A stretch of 20,000 nt of DNA from an uncultured virus (IMG/VR IMGVR_UViG_3300034200_001934). Lineage: Duplodnaviria; Heunggongvirae; Uroviricota; Caudoviricetes. The translations under genes and the position numbers were made by a program. Under the pieces are notes generated by a model. It searched no databases and was not told the origin of the DNA. It saw nothing but the letters and a program-made list of their open reading frames with translations. Of this stretch, positions 17,380 to 20,000 are shown one piece after another. The stretch is taken from the IMG/VR virus record IMGVR_UViG_3300034200_001934. One strand, written 5' to 3'. Positions within the stretch are counted from its first letter, which is position 1. Each line of letters opens with the position of its first letter.

Positions 17380-18132
17380 ATGAATTTTTATACCTATGCT
17401 TACTTGAGAGAGGATGGCACCCCTTACTATATTGGTAAGGGGCAAGGCAAAAGAGCATATAAAAAATCTAAAAGAGAGATTAATCCACCAGCAGATAAAA
17501 CTAGAATAATTTTTCTAAAAAAAAATCTAACTGAAGAGGAAGCATTTAGGCACGAAGTCTATATGATTGCTATTTTTGGTAGAAAAGACTTGGGAAATGG
17601 AATTCTAAGAAATAAAACTGATGGTGGTGAAGGAACATCTGGATATGTTTATTCTGAAGAAAGAAAACAGCAAGTTAGCAGTCAATTTAAAGGAATCCCT
17701 CAAGATAAAGAATTTGTAAAAAGAAGGGCAGAAAGTGTTAAAAAACACTATAATTCTGAAGAAGGAAAAAAAACTATTGAATACTTAAACAGAAAAAAGG
17801 AAGAATATTTTGCTTCGGAAGAAGGAAAAAAACGTCTTTTAGATTTATCAAAAAAATGGTCTGGAAAGAATAACCCTGGGTATGGTGGAAGATTTTCTGG
17901 TAAAAAAAATGGAATGTATGGTAAAAAACACACTGAGGAAGTAAAAAGAAAAATTAGTGAAGCAGGTAAAGGTCGTGGAGCAAAAATTTATACGTTTAAA
18001 AATCCAAACGGTAATATAGTTATTGTGGAGAATTTAACTAATTTTTGCAAATTGAATAATTTATCACAACCTGCTATGCATATGGTATCTTCTGGTAAGA
18101 GAAATATACATAAAGGTTGGACAAAACCATAG
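17380..18132 (+). mobile_element. Free-standing homing endonuclease gene (GIY-YIG-like with NUMOD3-type repeats)
   Basis: N-terminal YTYAY...YYIGKG...R...E...LRNKTDGGEG, then SEERKQQVS and NGMYGKKHTEEVKRKISEAGKG (NUMOD3-like), and a C-terminal HTH-like module ending HKGW. It is more AT-rich than the flanking peptidase gene. Confidence 0.85.
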
Positions 18133-18141
18133 ACCACCTGG

Positions 18142-18169
18142 GGGGAGTATTTAATACTCCCCTTTTTTT
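18142..18169 (+). terminator. Rho-independent terminator
   Basis: GGGGAGTAT-TTA-ATACTCCCC (9-bp perfect stem) followed by T7. Confidence 0.85.
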
Positions 18170-18176
18170 ATAAATA
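18169..18176 (+). promoter_or_regulatory. T4-type late promoter
   Basis: Exact TATAAATA, 19 nt upstream of the ATG at 18196. Confidence 0.8.
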
Positions 18177-18195
18177 TCTAAAAAGTATTCTTAAA

Positions 18196-18816
18196 ATGGA
18201 CGCACAAGAACTTCGCAATCTTCAAGAAGCATATATGGAAGTTGTTGAAAATCAGCAACTTGATGAAGGATACAAAAGATTTCCTTATAAGAAAGTAGAA
18301 GATAAAATTCATAAAAAAGAACTTGATAATCGTTGGCATGGAACTAATCAAACTTTAAAGATGGGTAAAGTCATTCAAGATTTTAGGGGTGAAAAGGACC
18401 CAGTTAGTAGAATAGAGCACAGCCCAAAAATTTCAAAGGCAAAAGAACGAGCAAATAGAGAAAGGGGTGAAGAAAAAAGAAATCAAAAAGAACAATATGA
18501 CCTCTACGACATCATCCTTTCACATTTACTTGATGAAGGATATGCTGAAACCCCAGAAGCAGCAGAAGTTATGATGGTGAATATGAGTGAAGAGTGGAGA
18601 GAGAATATTATGGAAAGGGAATATGGACCTGATGAAATATTACCAGGAAGTGGTAGAACTCCAAAACAAAAATATAGAGCAAAACGTGGAAGGTTTATGA
18701 AATCAAAAAAACCTTCCCAAAATGAAACTGGAAGACAAAGAGCACAAAGAATGGCTCAAAATTATTATATTGGCACAACAAAACAACAATATGATAATTT
18801 TGGAATAGGAAATTGA
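18196..18816 (+). CDS. Hypothetical late protein (MDAQELRNLQEAY... type), possible capsid internal protein
   Basis: 206-aa ORF behind an exact late promoter, with alternating acidic helical modules and very basic segments. Confidence 0.75.
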   Translation: MDAQELRNLQEAYMEVVENQQLDEGYKRFPYKKVEDKIHKKELDNRWHGTNQTLKMGKVIQDFRGEKDPVSRIEHSPKISKAKERANRERGEEKRNQKEQYDLYDIILSHLLDEGYAETPEAAEVMMVNMSEEWRENIMEREYGPDEILPGSGRTPKQKYRAKRGRFMKSKKPSQNETGRQRAQRMAQNYYIGTTKQQYDNFGIGN

Positions 18817-18861
18817 TACTTGTAATTTCAATAAACGGTATTTATTGGGAATTCAATTAAA

Positions 18862-18917
18862 CCCACTTCCCAAACTGTCCCAAGGTGCTCCCGAGGCACC
18901 TTTTTTTGTGCTATGAT
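18862..18917 (+). promoter_or_regulatory. Early-type promoter: half palindrome plus extended -10
   Basis: ...AAACTGTCCC (TGTCCC at 18876-18881), 30 nt, then TATGAT (18912-18917) preceded by TGTGc and followed by ACGGAGT as at 15163-15169. Confidence 0.65.
18882..18907 (+). terminator. Rho-independent terminator-like hairpin
   Basis: AAGGTGC-TCCCGAG-GCACC followed by T7. Confidence 0.7.
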
Positions 18918-18939
18918 TACGGAGTAATCAACCAAACCG

Positions 18940-20000
18940 ATGCCTTACACATCTAAAATTATGACCGACCAAGCAATCTCCATTCTGAAAGAAAAGTTTG
19001 GCACCGAGTTTGGTGCTGATGCAGTGAAAGAAGTTGCAAATGAAATTGGCACTTCGTATGCGACCCTTTCCAAATACCTGAATCAGTATAAAGTGGGTCG
19101 TGGCAAATGGAACCTGGAGGCAACCGTGCAAGAACTTGAAGAAACTTACAACTCTCCTGCTGCAGAGGGTTCCGATACGGTTCCTGGTGTGGCAACTATG
19201 AATTCTGTCGTGCAAAATCTTATTCCCAACAAAGATGCTACCTTCGTCAGCTTTGGTAATTTTTCGGATATTAAGAAAGTTATTCAGTCTGGTCTATTCT
19301 ATCCTGCTTTCATCACTGGTCTTTCTGGTAATGGAAAAACTTTCGGTGTGGAACAGTCTTGTGCCCAACTTGGTCGGGAACTGATTCGTGTCAATATCAC
19401 CATCGAAACTGATGAGGATGACCTGATTGGTGGTTTCCGACTGGTGAACGGTGAAACCGTGTGGCATAACGGTCCTGTGGTAGAAGCAATGGAACGTGGT
19501 GCAATCCTTCTGCTGGATGAGGTTGACCTTGCTTCTAACAAGATTATGTGTCTGCAGTCTGTCCTTGAGGGTAAGGGTGTCTTCCTCAAGAAAATCGGTA
19601 AGCACGTTGTTCCCAAGGCAGGTTTCAATGTAATTGCAACTGCAAACACCAAGGGTAAGGGTTCTGATGACGGTCGGTTCATTGGCACGAACGTTCTCAA
19701 CGAGGCATTCCTGGAACGATTCCCTATCACTTTTGAGCAGGAGTATCCTACTGTCAGTGTTGAGACTAAAATCTTGACTAAGGTGGCAGAATCACTTAAT
19801 ATTCCTATGATTGGTGAGCATACTGATTTTATCAAGCACCTTTGTACCTGGTCTGAGATTATTCGTAAGACCTTCAACGATGGTGGTATTGATGAAGTCA
19901 TCAGCACTCGTCGTCTGGTTCATATCATCAAGGCATATTCTATCTTCGGTAAGAAGGACAAAGCAATCAAGGTTTGTCTGAATCGTTTTGATGATGAAAC
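18940..20000 (+). CDS. cobS: Cyanophage CobS-like MoxR-type AAA+ ATPase (3' truncated, absent from the ORF track)
   Basis: Manual translation from 18940 (alternative start 18961) shows Walker A GLSGNGKT, IETDEDDLIGG, Walker B LLLDEVD, sensor ATANTKG and NEAFLERF. The frame is open to the end of the window. Confidence 0.92.
   Translation, partial: MPYTSKIMTDQAISILKEKFGTEFGADAVKEVANEIGTSYATLSKYLNQYKVGRGKWNLEATVQELEETYNSPAAEGSDTVPGVATMNSVVQNLIPNKDATFVSFGNFSDIKKVIQSGLFYPAFITGLSGNGKTFGVEQSCAQLGRELIRVNITIETDEDDLIGGFRLVNGETVWHNGPVVEAMERGAILLLDEVDLASNKIMCLQSVLEGKGVFLKKIGKHVVPKAGFNVIATANTKGKGSDDGRFIGTNVLNEAFLERFPITFEQEYPTVSVETKILTKVAESLNIPMIGEHTDFIKHLCTWSEIIRKTFNDGGIDEVISTRRLVHIIKAYSIFGKKDKAIKVCLNRFDDE

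Noticed and set aside
1..20000. tRNA, rRNA, CRISPR array, intron/intein or diversity-generating retroelement
   Set aside because: I saw no cloverleaf, repeat-spacer array, split gene, reverse transcriptase or template/variable repeat pair by eye. A covariance-model search was not possible.
18940..20000. Cobalamin biosynthesis as the function of cobS
   Set aside because: There is no cobN or other cob gene in the window. The motifs support only a MoxR-type AAA+ ATPase, and the symbol follows cyanophage annotation convention.

Overview
A 20 kb segment of a T4-like (myovirus) cyanophage genome, probably Kyanoviridae-type and possibly freshwater; this is inferred from gene content and not from a database search. 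All credible genes lie on the + strand. In order: the 3' end of a tail-fibre gene and a small partner protein; three small genes; a Mom-like GNAT DNA-modification gene; a 2319-aa virion/fibre protein; an accessory cassette; a structured intergenic region; an HEXXH-peptidase/vWA gene; a free-standing homing endonuclease; a late-promoter gene; and the 5' part of the cyanophage CobS-like AAA+ ATPase. The cassette contains a 2OG-Fe(II) oxygenase, a Gly-X-Y/polyglycine protein rich in X-Pro-Gly, an unknown protein, a DUF4376-like fibre-assembly protein, a second oxygenase and a degenerate oxygenase. The most interesting candidates are: (i) this cassette as a dedicated system for hydroxylating and assembling a polyglycine adhesin docked on a fibre tip; (ii) a ~100-nt structured RNA with a repeated AGUGGUG loop motif; (iii) three early-type promoters with an exact 30-nt motif-to--10 spacing, two of which contain a terminator hairpin. 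All family assignments come from motif recognition only.
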